Source of the DNA: Patescibacteria group bacterium
GTDB taxonomy: Bacteria > Patescibacteriota > Patescibacteriia > SG8-24 > DYFX01
Assembly (NCBI GenBank): GCA_041659045.1
Contig: JBAZZB010000003.1
Span: 94,212-131,429, forward strand
Length of the DNA stretch: 37,218 nucleotides
Reading direction: 5' to 3'
A program made the translations under genes and the position numbers. This document shows, piece after piece, positions 25,434-34,970 of the stretch; within the stretch, counting starts at the first letter, position 1, and each line of letters begins with the position of its first letter. The notes below the pieces were generated by a model. That model was not told where the DNA came from. It ran no database searches and saw nothing but the letters and a program-made list of their open reading frames with translations.

Positions 25434-26147
25434 TTATTCGGTCACGGTTGCGGCTTCCGTAGCGGGAGCTGCTTCCTGCGCGACCGGCGCCTCTTCGGCC
25501 GGCTTCTTCGTAGAGAGGTACTTCATGTTGCCTTCCGGAGCGACGACGAGAAGGGTCGCGCCGCGCGCGCCCGGAACCGCGCCTTTGACGGCGATGAGTC
25601 CCGTTTCAACGTTCACGTCAACGATCTCGAGATTCTTGACCGTCACGCGGTCCCCGCCCATGCGACCGGCCATACGCTGGCCCGGGTGCACGTGCTGATG
25701 GCCGCCGGCGCCGATCGAACCCGGCATACGGAGGTTGTCCTTATGACCGTGGGTCGCCGGACCACCACGGAAGTGATGGCGCTTCACGACACCTTGGAAA
25801 CCCTTACCCTTCGAGAGACCTGTGACGTCGATGACGTCGCCGGACACGAAGGATTCAGGATCGCAGACCGCACCGACTTCGACACCTTCGACAGATTCGA
25901 GGCGGAATTCGCGGAGCGTTGCGAGGTCGCCATGCTCAGCGACGGGCTTCAAATGCCCGACCTGCGGCTTAGCGAGGTGCTTCTTGGAACCCGTGCCGAC
26001 CTGGACAGCCACATAGCCATCCGTTTCGGAAGTCTTGACCTGCGTAATAACGCAAGGCTCGACCTTCACGAGCGTCACCGGCACTACTTCGCCCGAAGGG
26101 CGGTAGCGCTGGGACATTTCGAGTTTTCGTCCGATGATGAATTTCAT
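25434..26147 (-). CDS. rplC: 50S ribosomal protein L3
   Basis: MKFIIGRKLEMSQ..KGKGFQGVVKRHHFRGGPATHG. Confidence 0.95.
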   Translation of the reverse strand: MKFIIGRKLEMSQRYRPSGEVVPVTLVKVEPCVITQVKTSETDGYVAVQVGTGSKKHLAKPQVGHLKPVAEHGDLATLREFRLESVEGVEVGAVCDPESFVSGDVIDVTGLSKGKGFQGVVKRHHFRGGPATHGHKDNLRMPGSIGAGGHQHVHPGQRMAGRMGGDRVTVKNLEIVDVNVETGLIAVKGAVPGARGATLLVVAPEGNMKYLSTKKPAEEAPVAQEAAPATEAATVTE

Positions 26148-26476
26148 AGTTCTCTTAGGCAGAGGAACACGTTAAGTTATGTTCGGTGCCTGTCTCCGTT
26201 TCGCTTGGGATCCTCCCCCGTCCTGCGCAATAACAGAAACAAGAAGTTCCGGCGCCGATCCTTCCGAACATGTTCGGGGGATATCAGCGAAGAAACTTCT
26301 TGCATCTGTCACGTACGCGTGGCTTGGCGTTGTCGAGACAAGTCTAGTTGTAGCGGGAACTCTCACGCTCGCGAAGGATGCATCCAGAGGTTTTGGCGCA
26401 GTAGCCACCCGGAAATCATGCCATCTTTCTCTGCCGTTCCTTTGCGAGTTGAGTTGTCTTCTGGATCGAACCGATC
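26148..26476 (-). other. Unexplained 329-nt spacer between rpsJ and rplC that does not look coding
   Basis: Other junctions in this operon are 1-12 nt. The only ORFs of 60 aa or more here use AGA, ACT, CTT and GTT codons, unlike the G/C-ending codons of the flanking genes. It contains the palindromes ccgaacatgttcgg (26264-26277) and ggatgcatcc (26376-26385). Confidence 0.5.
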
Positions 26477-26815
26477 TTACATCTTGATCTCGACGTCGAC
26501 GCCGGCCGGGAGGTTGAGGCTCATCAGCGATTCGACCGTTTTCGGGGTCGGATCGACGATGTCGATGAGCCGCTTGTGCACGCGCATCTCGTACTGCTCG
26601 CGAGCGTTCTTGTGAACGAAGGTCGAGCGGTTAACGGTGTACTTGTGCTTCTCGGTCGGAAGCGGGACGGGACCTTTGACGGAAGCGCCGGTGCGCTGCG
26701 CCGTATCGATAATCGTGCGCGTGGACTGGTCGATGACCTTGTGGTCATAGGCGCGGATCTTGATGCGGACGCGGCTGCTCACGGTCGTTTCTTCGGTCTT
26801 GGTTTTCTTCTCCAT
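26477..26815 (-). CDS. rpsJ: 30S ribosomal protein S10
   Basis: [34 protein letters not shown]. Confidence 0.95.
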   Translation of the reverse strand: MEKKTKTEETTVSSRVRIKIRAYDHKVIDQSTRTIIDTAQRTGASVKGPVPLPTEKHKYTVNRSTFVHKNAREQYEMRVHKRLIDIVDPTPKTVESLMSLNLPAGVDVEIKM

Positions 26816-26836
26816 AAAGATCGTTTTCAGCAGGCA

Positions 26837-26866
26837 ACCCCGGCCCCCTTAAATGGGGGTCGGGGT
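26837..26866 (-). promoter_or_regulatory. 12-bp GC-rich stem-loop between tuf and rpsJ, without a T-run
   Basis: The plus strand reads accccggccccc-ttaaat-gggggtcggggt. The minus-strand RNA has one A/C mismatch. It could be an attenuator or a processing site. Confidence 0.4.
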
Positions 26867-26876
26867 CGATTGCATT

Positions 26877-28070
<1,194 letters not shown>

Positions 28071-28109
28071 ACGTATACTAATAAAAAAAGTTGACGTGTG
28101 TCGGAGAGG

Positions 28110-28138
28110 AGTGTAGCAGAGGGTCAAAAAGCGGTCAA
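28110..28138 (-). promoter_or_regulatory. Candidate sigma-70 promoter for tuf
   Basis: On the minus strand TTGACC-N17-TACACT, about 40 nt upstream of the tuf ATG. Confidence 0.35.
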
Positions 28139-28165
28139 GTGGTCCTTTTTGTCCTCATACCAGCC

Positions 28166-28675
28166 TTATTCGAGAGGTTCTAGATAGAACTGCTCTTCCC
28201 CTTCAGGCTCTTGTACCGCGTTTTCTACGGTTTTTGGGGTCGGAGGGGGTGTTTTGGGAGGTTCTGGCGGTCTTGCGGGCGCTGGTGCAGGCTTTTCCTC
28301 GATACGGGGTCGGTCCTGCGCTAAGCGGGGGCCTGGTGGCGGGGTGGATGGAGCTCCGGGAGAAGTGGTCGGGGAAAGCTTCCAGAGCGGAATTTCGCGT
28401 TTTGGAGGCTTATTGTCTGGAAAAGTCGTGGAAAGAGGTAGGGTTTGTGGCGGTGGGGGTTCGCGCTTCATGACCTCGGGCTTCCACTCGCCCACAACGA
28501 GCTTTTCATAGTGGTCGAGTCCCATGAGCACGTAGGGACTCTCCCCCGCCGGGTCGGTGATGACCAAGCGATCTCCTGTTTTTTCAATCAGGGAGAGAAG
28601 GCGTTTGAATGTTTCTTCCTTCATAGGCAAGGCCGTTAAGTGGCCACACTGTAGCGCAACGAGTCGTTGTGTCAA
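28166..28675 (-). CDS. Hypothetical protein: short Phd/YefM-like N-terminal segment plus a long proline-rich tail
   Basis: ETFKRLLSLIEKTGDRLVITDPAGESPYVLMGLDHYEKL weakly resembles the Phd/YefM antitoxin N-domain pattern. The tail is PPPPQTLP..PAPAPARPPEPPKTPPPTPK. The start is ambiguous (TTG 28675 or ATG 28624). Confidence 0.5.
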   Translation of the reverse strand: MTQRLVALQCGHLTALPMKEETFKRLLSLIEKTGDRLVITDPAGESPYVLMGLDHYEKLVVGEWKPEVMKREPPPPQTLPLSTTFPDNKPPKREIPLWKLSPTTSPGAPSTPPPGPRLAQDRPRIEEKPAPAPARPPEPPKTPPPTPKTVENAVQEPEGEEQFYLEPLE

Positions 28676-28680
28676 TCCCT

Positions 28681-28706
28681 AAAGAAAAACCCGTCGCCGC
28701 TAAGCG
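28681..28706 (-). terminator. Terminator-like hairpin after the small membrane ORF
   Basis: On the minus strand an interrupted stem cccgttccgc-tta-gcggcgacggg is followed by ttttt. Confidence 0.45.
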
Positions 28707-28900
28707 GAACGGGAGGAACGATGCGTGCGAGCCTTGGGGAGCGCTTCCGGACGAACGAGCGGATCCGTCTCGCAAAGAGAGTCCCGGCTGGGACGAATCA
28801 GCGAAACGAGAACGAAAACACCGAGGATGACGAGCAGGGCAACAAATGCGACAACGGAGACGAGAAGAAGAACGACGGCAGCGAGCGCGAAAATCATCAT
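28700..28900 (-). CDS. Small hydrophobic membrane protein (66 aa)
   Basis: MMIFALAAVVLLLVSVVAFVALLVILGVFVLVSLI followed by a basic tail. AAGGAG lies 6 nt upstream of the ATG at 28900. Confidence 0.55.
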   Translation of the reverse strand: MMIFALAAVVLLLVSVVAFVALLVILGVFVLVSLIRPSRDSLCETDPLVRPEALPKARTHRSSRSA

Positions 28901-28954
28901 GGCCCTCTCCTTCCCAGGCAACAGCGCGCGGGTCGTCAGTATTTTAACAGGTAT

Positions 28955-28979
28955 GAAAAAAGAAGGCATCAGGCCTTCT
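28955..28979 (-). terminator. Rho-independent terminator of the 28969..29577 gene
   Basis: On the minus strand agaaggc-ctgat-gccttct is followed by ttttt. The stop codon lies in the loop. Confidence 0.6.
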
Positions 28980-29577
28980 TCGTGGTGTCGCTTTCGCTCG
29001 GCGGATAGAGGTCGTCCTCGGTCGCGTCGGCTAGGATGAGCAGCGCTTCGATCTCGCCTTGCTTGAGAGGATCCATCACATAGACGTCGCCTCGCTTCAT
29101 CTGCTCGTGAAGCTTGCGCGCCCGCGCGATCAAGCTCACGTGATAGAGCTCACACAGACTGGTTCGCGTCGTATCGATGGCTCCCCAGTCGTACGGCCGT
29201 TGGGCATGGTGCAGATGCTCGATGATCTTCGTCATGCAGAGCAGCGGATCCTGAAGCCCCTTTCCCATGTCTGCAAAGAACTTCTCGGCCGCGAGGAGAT
29301 GCGCTTCTCGGAAGAACTCATCGAGCTCGTCATACGTCGTCCCGACATCTTCGTACTGCAGGCGGAACGTGCTGCACGTCTGACGCACGTCTTGCACATC
29401 TTCAGGCGTCGCATGCCTACGTATACGGTGCATGAGTCGACGGAGCCGGCCGCGCTCTTCGCTTTTCCGTTCGAGCTCGTCCTCACACCTCTTGCGACGC
29501 CCGGCGAGAAACCACAGCAGCGCGACGATGGCGCAAAGCGTCGCGACAACGATTGCAACGATAAGGAGTGGGTGCAT
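28969..29577 (-). CDS. Hypothetical N-terminally membrane-anchored protein (202 aa)
   Basis: TM helix MHPLLIVAIVVATLCAIVALLWFLAG followed by a charged segment that looks helical. GGAGGAAG lies 5 nt upstream of the ATG at 29577. Confidence 0.6.
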   Translation of the reverse strand: MHPLLIVAIVVATLCAIVALLWFLAGRRKRCEDELERKSEERGRLRRLMHRIRRHATPEDVQDVRQTCSTFRLQYEDVGTTYDELDEFFREAHLLAAEKFFADMGKGLQDPLLCMTKIIEHLHHAQRPYDWGAIDTTRTSLCELYHVSLIARARKLHEQMKRGDVYVMDPLKQGEIEALLILADATEDDLYPPSESDTTKKA

Positions 29578-29631
29578 TGAATCTTCCTCCGTTGGCCGAA
29601 GGATTACATGGAAAACTGAGTGTGTCAATAC

Positions 29632-29665
29632 AAAAACGCCCCGCAGATGCGGAGCGTTTTTTTTT
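29632..29665 (-). terminator. Rho-independent terminator directly after fusA; symmetrical, so possibly bidirectional
   Basis: Stem acgccccgc / gcggagcgt with one mismatch and loop agat, flanked by aaaaa and ttttttttt. Confidence 0.75.
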
Positions 29666-29672
29666 GCAGGGC

Positions 29673-31754
29673 TTACTTTTTGCCCTTGCCTTCGAGGATC
29701 GCCATTTCGACGTTCTTCGGCACTTCTTCGTAGTGGTCGAAGGTCATCGAGTAGGAGGCGCGTCCCTGGGAGATCGAGCGGAGCTGGGTCGCGTAGCCGA
29801 ACATTTCGGAGAGCGGAACCATCGCGTCGACAACCTTGATTGCGCCGCGGTCGCGCATTTCCTGCACCTGACCGCGCTTCGAGTTGATGTCGCCGACGAT
29901 GTCGCCCATGGCGGACTCCGGCATCAGGACTTCAACTTTCATGATCGGTTCGAGGAGGACCAGGCCGGCCTTTTTACAGGCATCGACGAAAGCCATCGAA
30001 CCAGCGATTTTGAAGGCGATTTCCGACGAGTCGACGTCGTGGTACGAACCGTCAAAGACCGTCGCAATGACGTCGAGCAGCGGATAGCCAGCGAGCACGC
30101 CCTTCTGAGCGGTTTCGATGACACCCTTTTCGATCGGACGGATGAATTCTTTCGGAATCGAACCGCCTTTGATTTCTTCGACGAATTCGACGCCCTTACC
30201 GCGTTCGTTCGGTTTGACGCGCAACCAGCAGTGGCCGTATTGACCGCGACCACCGGACTGCTTGATGTACTTACCTTCGGCTTCCGCTTCGCCGCGAATA
30301 GCTTCCTTGTAAGCAACCTGCGGCTTACCGACGTTGGCTTCAACTTTGAACTCGCGCTTCATGCGGTCGACGATGATATCGAGGTGAAGTTCACCCATAC
30401 CAGCGATGATCGTTTGCGCGGTTTCTTCGTCGGAGCGGACGCGGAATGTTGGGTCTTCTTCAGCGAGCTTCGAAAGTGCGACACCCATCTTTTCCTGGTC
30501 GGCTTTCGTCTTCGGCTCGATGGCGAGCGAGATGACCGGTTCAGGGAAGACAATGGATTCGAGAAGCACTGGGCGCTTTTCGTCGCAGAGCGTGTGGCCC
30601 GTGAAGGTGGACTTCAAGCCGACACCTGCAGCGATGTCGCCAGCGTAGACCTGATCAACTTCTTCGCGCTCGTTGGCGTGAAGACGGACGATGCGGCCGA
30701 GGCGCTCGCGTTCACCCGTGGAGGTGTTGAGCACATAGGAACCGGCCTTGATCGTGCCGGAATAGACGCGGAAGAAGCAGAGCTTTCCGACGAACGGATC
30801 GGACGCGACTTTGAAAGCCAACGCCGTGAACGGTTCGTTGTCATCGGTTTTGATCAAGACTTCCTTCGAAGGATCGTCGATGTCGTGCGACTGGAGCGGC
30901 GGAACATCGAGCGGGCACGGCAGGTAGTCGACAACGGAGTCGAGCATCAGCTGTACGCCTTTGTTCTTGAGCGCCGAGCCACAGAGGACCGGAACGATCT
31001 TGAAATCAATGACGGCCTGGCGCAGTACGCGCTTCAAGTCCGCGACGGGAATTTCTTCGCCGGCGAGGTACTTGTTGAGCAGCGTTTCGTCGTTCTCGCA
31101 GATCGCTTCGACGAGCTTGGCGCGCCATTCGGCAGCTTGCGCGGCGTACTCCTCCGGAATTTCAACGATATCAACTTTTTGGCCGAGGTCGTCGCGGAAG
31201 AAATGCGCTTTGCGCTCGAGCAGGTCGATGATGCCGTTGAAGCCGTCTTCGACGCCGATCGGGAGCTGGGTCGGGTGCGCGTTCTTCGTGAGGCGGTCGT
31301 GGATCGACTTCAAGTCCTTGTAGAAGTCGGCACCCGTGCGGTCGAGCTTGTTGATGAAGCAGAGGCGCGGAACTTTGTAGTCGTCCGCGTAGTGCCAGTT
31401 GGTTTCGGACTGCGGTTCGACACCAGCGACGCCATCAAAAATGACGCAAGCGCCGTCCAAGACGCGCAGAGAGCGCTTCACTTCGACCGTGAAGTCGATG
31501 TGCCCGGGAGTGTCGATCAGGTTGATGCGATGATCCTTCCAGAAACAGGTCGTGGCGGCAGCGGTAATCGTAATACCGCGCTCCTGTTCCTGTTCCATCC
31601 AGTCCATCGTAGCGGCGCCTTCGTGCACTTCGCCGATCTTGTGCTTCTTACCGGTGTAGAAGAGCACGCGTTCAGAAACGGTGGTCTTGCCGGCGTCGAT
31701 GTGGGCGATGATGCCGATGTTGCGAGTCCGTTCGAGGGGATATTCACGAGGCAT
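29673..31754 (-). CDS. fusA: Elongation factor G
   Basis: [34 protein letters not shown]. The protein is 693 aa. Confidence 0.97.
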   Translation of the reverse strand: MPREYPLERTRNIGIIAHIDAGKTTVSERVLFYTGKKHKIGEVHEGAATMDWMEQEQERGITITAAATTCFWKDHRINLIDTPGHIDFTVEVKRSLRVLDGACVIFDGVAGVEPQSETNWHYADDYKVPRLCFINKLDRTGADFYKDLKSIHDRLTKNAHPTQLPIGVEDGFNGIIDLLERKAHFFRDDLGQKVDIVEIPEEYAAQAAEWRAKLVEAICENDETLLNKYLAGEEIPVADLKRVLRQAVIDFKIVPVLCGSALKNKGVQLMLDSVVDYLPCPLDVPPLQSHDIDDPSKEVLIKTDDNEPFTALAFKVASDPFVGKLCFFRVYSGTIKAGSYVLNTSTGERERLGRIVRLHANEREEVDQVYAGDIAAGVGLKSTFTGHTLCDEKRPVLLESIVFPEPVISLAIEPKTKADQEKMGVALSKLAEEDPTFRVRSDEETAQTIIAGMGELHLDIIVDRMKREFKVEANVGKPQVAYKEAIRGEAEAEGKYIKQSGGRGQYGHCWLRVKPNERGKGVEFVEEIKGGSIPKEFIRPIEKGVIETAQKGVLAGYPLLDVIATVFDGSYHDVDSSEIAFKIAGSMAFVDACKKAGLVLLEPIMKVEVLMPESAMGDIVGDINSKRGQVQEMRDRGAIKVVDAMVPLSEMFGYATQLRSISQGRASYSMTFDHYEEVPKNVEMAILEGKGKK

Positions 31755-31780
31755 AGAGAAGAAGAACTAGGGATGACAAA

Positions 31781-32248
31781 TTACCGCGCGAAATGGGCGA
31801 AGGCGCGGTTCGCCTCGGCCATGCGGTGGACATCCATCTTCTTCTTGACCGCGTTGCCTTCGCCGGCAGCGGCGGAGACGATTTCGTTGCCGAGCTTCTC
31901 GGACATCGAGCGGCCCTTCACGGCGTTGGCAGCATCAATAATCCAGCGGAAACCGAGCATGATGCGGCGTTCTCCGCGCACCGGGATCGGAATCTGGTAG
32001 TTGGCGCCACCGACGCGGCGGGACTTGACCTCAACCTGCGGCATGACATTTTTCAACGCCTCGTCGAAGACTTCGATCGGATCCTTCTTCGTTTTTTCGG
32101 AGATGAGTTCGAGCGCGCCGTAGACGATTTTCTGGGCGGTCGACTTCTTGCCATCGCGCATCACGTAGTTGGTGAGCTTGGCGACGGTTTCGGAGCTGTA
32201 CTTGGCGTCCGGCTTGATCAGACGCTTGGGGGCTTGTTTGCCTCGCAT
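31781..32248 (-). CDS. rpsG: 30S ribosomal protein S7
   Basis: [47 protein letters not shown]. Confidence 0.95.
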   Translation of the reverse strand: MRGKQAPKRLIKPDAKYSSETVAKLTNYVMRDGKKSTAQKIVYGALELISEKTKKDPIEVFDEALKNVMPQVEVKSRRVGGANYQIPIPVRGERRIMLGFRWIIDAANAVKGRSMSEKLGNEIVSAAAGEGNAVKKKMDVHRMAEANRAFAHFAR

Positions 32249-32270
32249 AGAATTCTATTTCAACGTCTGA

Positions 32271-32696
32271 TTAAGACTTGACCTTCGGGCGCTTGTTGCC
32301 GTAGAGCGAGCGGCCGCGGCGGCGATCAGCGACGCCCTGGGTGTCGTAGACGCCACGGACGATGTGATAGCGGACACCCGGAAGGTCTTTGACGCGACCT
32401 CCGCGGATCATGACGATCGAGTGCTCCTGAAGGTTGTGGCCGACGCCCGGGATGTAGGCGGTGACTTCCATACCGTTCGAGAGACGGACACGGGCGATCT
32501 TACGCAAAGCCGAGTTCGGCTTTTTCGGGGTCATGGTGGTGACCTTCACGCAAACGCCGCGCTTGAACGGAGAGCCTTTCGGCATGAACTTCTTGCGGCG
32601 CTTGATCGTGTTGTTCACGGACTGCATCGCCGGGGACTTGGACTTAACCTTGACCGGGCGGCGCGGGTTCTTGATCAATTGATGAATGGTAGGCAT
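32271..32696 (-). CDS. rpsL: 30S ribosomal protein S12
   Basis: [48 protein letters not shown]. Confidence 0.95.
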   Translation of the reverse strand: MPTIHQLIKNPRRPVKVKSKSPAMQSVNNTIKRRKKFMPKGSPFKRGVCVKVTTMTPKKPNSALRKIARVRLSNGMEVTAYIPGVGHNLQEHSIVMIRGGRVKDLPGVRYHIVRGVYDTQGVADRRRGRSLYGNKRPKVKS

Positions 32697-32855
32697 TGAG
32701 AATGGTTACAAAACGCAACTCACGAAACCTGCAAAGGTTCCGTGCTTCGTATCGCTTCCTCCGCAGCTATGCAGGATCGGCGACCATAATAACTACATCG
32801 CCGAGACAGCCTTTCCCCAGGAAAAACCGTAACGGTCGAGTAATTCGACTCGCAG

Positions 32856-32884
32856 AAAGTACCACCCCAGGAAAGAGTCGTCAA
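32856..32884 (-). promoter_or_regulatory. Candidate sigma-70 promoter for the rpsL operon
   Basis: On the minus strand TTGACG-N17-TACTTT. This would give a leader of roughly 150 nt before rpsL. Confidence 0.35.
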
Positions 32885-32886
32885 GT

Positions 32887-33531
32887 TCAGAATCCCAGGG
32901 CACTGAAGGCCAGGTTTGAGAGCCCGTGGACGATGGTTCCGAAGATCAAACTGTTCAAAAGCAGCGAGTCGATGAGGATCGCGAAGAGCAGGGCGGTTGG
33001 GCCGCGGGTTTCGAGCCAGGCACGGGTGCGAAGGTATTTCGGATTCTGGAGCAGGAGGAGCAGGAATTTCGAGCCGTCGAGCGGAGGCAGCGGAATGAGG
33101 TTGAAGGCAAAGAGCACGACGTTCACCGCCATGAGCGCGCCGAGAAATCCGGCCAGAGCACTGTCGACCGACATGAGCTCGGCCATCGCCAAACCCCGAT
33201 AGGTAAGGCCAACGACGACAAAAAGTAAAAGATTGGAAAGTGGGCCGGCCGCGGCGACAATCACTGGTCCCCACTTCTGGTTACGAAGGTTGTAGGGGTT
33301 GTACGGCACAGGCTTCGCCCAGCCGAAGCCGGCCAGGAGGGCGGCCAGAAGACCGATCGGATCGATATGCGGAATCGGATTGAGCGTCAGACGACCGAGG
33401 CGTTCGGCCGTGTCGTCGCCTTGCAGCTTGGCCGCAAGACCGTGGGAAAATTCGTGAAAGGTGAGCGCGGTGATAAATGCGAAAATCCAGGCGAACGTTT
33501 GGAGGGGGTCGTTGAGAAGGTTGAACAGCAT
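32887..33531 (-). CDS. Site-2 protease family (peptidase M50) membrane metalloprotease
   Basis: HExxH in a TM helix (FHEFSHGLAA) and the downstream NLIPLPPLDGSK motif. Confidence 0.8.
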   Translation of the reverse strand: MLFNLLNDPLQTFAWIFAFITALTFHEFSHGLAAKLQGDDTAERLGRLTLNPIPHIDPIGLLAALLAGFGWAKPVPYNPYNLRNQKWGPVIVAAAGPLSNLLLFVVVGLTYRGLAMAELMSVDSALAGFLGALMAVNVVLFAFNLIPLPPLDGSKFLLLLLQNPKYLRTRAWLETRGPTALLFAILIDSLLLNSLIFGTIVHGLSNLAFSALGF

Positions 33532-33554
33532 ACCCTTAGAGGATAGCGCAGCTA

Positions 33555-33584
33555 TAAAAAAAGGAGTAGTCGGGAAGACTACTC
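33555..33584 (-). terminator. Rho-independent terminator of the small lipoprotein gene
   Basis: On the minus strand gagtagtc-ttccc-gactactc is followed by ttttttt. Confidence 0.7.
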
Positions 33585-33878
33585 AATATCTCGCAATGAT
33601 CGCACGTGTAGAATCAATCGATCCCCTTCTCCGCGCAGTTCGCCGGGGGTATCAACATGTTCGGCCCAGACCGATCCATCGACTGGCGCATCGAACACAA
33701 TCTCGACCTCGTCCGCGTACACCCTCTTCGGACTCAGCGTGCCCGTCGCGGGGTCGCGCACCATCAATACGAACGCATCCGCATCCTTCATGACAATCCG
33801 ATCGATCGGCGAAATGACGGATCGCGTCGTTCCGGCGCAACCGAAAACACACAGCGCACAAAGAGCGAATTTTCTCAT
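33579..33878 (-). CDS. Hypothetical small lipoprotein
   Basis: The signal peptide has a lipobox-like end: MRKFALCALCVFGC|AG. Confidence 0.55.
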   Translation of the reverse strand: MRKFALCALCVFGCAGTTRSVISPIDRIVMKDADAFVLMVRDPATGTLSPKRVYADEVEIVFDAPVDGSVWAEHVDTPGELRGEGDRLILHVRSLRDIE

Positions 33879-33935
33879 GGATTCCTCCTGGAAAGCGGCC
33901 TAACAAAAGCGGGTATAGGATGTCAACACGCACTC

Positions 33936-33964
33936 TTGCCAACCTTCCTGAGCCGTGTTACAGT
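33936..33964 (+). promoter_or_regulatory. Candidate sigma-70 promoter for rpmB
   Basis: TTGCCA-N17-TACAGT, about 30 nt upstream of the rpmB ATG. Confidence 0.35.
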
Positions 33965-33993
33965 CCCGGCACACTAAAAAGAACCCGATCGCT

Positions 33994-34179
33994 ATGGCAC
34001 GTCGCTGTGACGCCTGCGAGCGCGGACCCCTCACCGGGAACACCCGCTCCCACTCCAAAATCGCGAGCAAAACCCGCCGCCTGGTGAACCTCCAGACGAA
34101 GACGATCTCCGGCGTGAAGATGAAAGTCTGCACCCGCTGCATCCGGACCTTGGCTCCGAAAGAAAAAACCGCCGCGTAA
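33994..34179 (+). CDS. rpmB: 50S ribosomal protein L28
   Basis: MARRCDACERGPLTGNTRSHSKIASKTRRLVNLQ. The start was trimmed to the ATG at 33994. Confidence 0.9.
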   Translation: MARRCDACERGPLTGNTRSHSKIASKTRRLVNLQTKTISGVKMKVCTRCIRTLAPKEKTAA

Positions 34180-34192
34180 GCGACGGTTTTTT
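34168..34192 (+). terminator. Rho-independent terminator of rpmB
   Basis: accgccgc-gtaa-gcgacggt (one mismatch) followed by tttttt. Confidence 0.6.
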
Positions 34193-34243
34193 CTTATTGC
34201 CCCCCTCTTATGGTAAGAAGGGGGGGGCCGAAGGGCGGGGGCG

Positions 34244-34831
34244 TTAGGCGTTCGGTTTCTTGGCGACCAAATGGATGCGGTGCTGGAAAATCTCTTCACC
34301 GCTTACAAGCGGCCATGGGCCTTTGTATTCGTTCATGGCAAGGACTTCCCAGCCGGTCCACAACATTTTGAACTCTTCGAGCAGCCAGAAGCTCATATCT
34401 TTACGATTGGCCCAGGCGTGTTCGAGGCCGTAGACACCGATCACGAGAGCGCCACCAGGCTTGAGTGCTCCCTTGATGCGTTCAAGCAAGGTTTGGCATT
34501 CTTCTTTTTTCAAAAACGGCAGCGAGTTGATGGCGACAACGAGCGAGTAGTATCCGGGGCGCAATTCGAACTCGCGGAAGTCGCCTTTGATTGCATCAAC
34601 GGTCAAGCCTTGGCAGCGCTCTGTCGTGTACGCGATGGCCGCGTCACTCTTATCGAGCGCGTCGACCATGAGTCCGTTCTTGGCGAGATACTCCGCTTCG
34701 GCGCCGGAACCGCAACCCAAATCGAGCGCGATGCCGCCATGAAGTTCGAGACGCGCAAACCAGTCCGTCAGAAGACGGGCGGCCGGGCGCTGAAGTACTC
34801 GTTTTTTCAAATCTGCGATGGAGTCAGTCAT
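34244..34831 (-). CDS. Class I SAM-dependent methyltransferase
   Basis: Motif I ALDLGCGSGAEAEYLAKNG. The start was trimmed to the ATG at 34831 because the longer ORF reads through tRNA-Pro. Confidence 0.75.
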   Translation of the reverse strand: MTDSIADLKKRVLQRPAARLLTDWFARLELHGGIALDLGCGSGAEAEYLAKNGLMVDALDKSDAAIAYTTERCQGLTVDAIKGDFREFELRPGYYSLVVAINSLPFLKKEECQTLLERIKGALKPGGALVIGVYGLEHAWANRKDMSFWLLEEFKMLWTGWEVLAMNEYKGPWPLVSGEEIFQHRIHLVAKKPNA

Positions 34832-34860
34832 GCGTACAGTATAGCAAAACGACGGAGTAA

Positions 34861-34889
34861 AAAGAAAAACGGCCGCGATGAGCGGTCGT
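34861..34889 (-). terminator. Rho-independent terminator after tRNA-Pro
   Basis: On the minus strand acgaccgc-tcatc-gcggccgt is followed by tttttcttt. Confidence 0.65.
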
Positions 34890-34895
34890 TTTTCA

Positions 34896-34970
34896 TGGTC
34901 GGGCTGACAGGAATTGAACCTGCTGCCTTTCCCACCCCAAGGGAACGCGCTGCCGATGCGCCACAGCCCG
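34896..34970 (-). tRNA. tRNA-Pro (GGG anticodon), CCA encoded
   Basis: The reverse complement is CGGGCTGTGGCGCATCGGCAGCGCGTTCCCTTGGGGTGGGAAAGGCAGCAGGTTCAATTCCTGTCAGCCCGACCA. Acceptor stem CGGGCTG/CAGCCCG, anticodon loop TTGGGGT. Confidence 0.9.

Noticed and set aside
26172-26408. A 78-aa minus-strand ORF (GTG start) and a 102-aa plus-strand ORF inside the rpsJ-rplC spacer, as possible small genes.
   Set aside because: Codon usage is atypical (AGA, ACT, ACA, CTT, GTT). The peptides are low-complexity and rich in Ala, Ser, Thr and Pro, and there is no RBS. I treated the region as non-coding but flagged it as a finding.
29568-32000. An 810-aa ORF on the plus strand, antisense to fusA. Similar long mirror ORFs lie at 1308-2276 (-), 6588-8039 (+), 10495-11700 (+), 21417-22787 (+), 23410-24825 (+), 25416-26615 (+) and 26853-28094 (+).
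   Set aside because: Each lies exactly opposite a confidently identified conserved gene. Their composition is rich in Arg, Asp, Gly, His and Val and of low complexity, with no recognisable motifs or RBS. Stop-free antisense frames are expected in G+C-rich coding DNA.
32271-32696. A roughly 15-aa insertion in S12 ([19 protein letters not shown]) relative to E. coli S12.
   Set aside because: A comparable insertion exists at the same place in Bacillus-type S12 (NKGYNSFKKEHTNVSS), so this is a known lineage variant and not a novelty.
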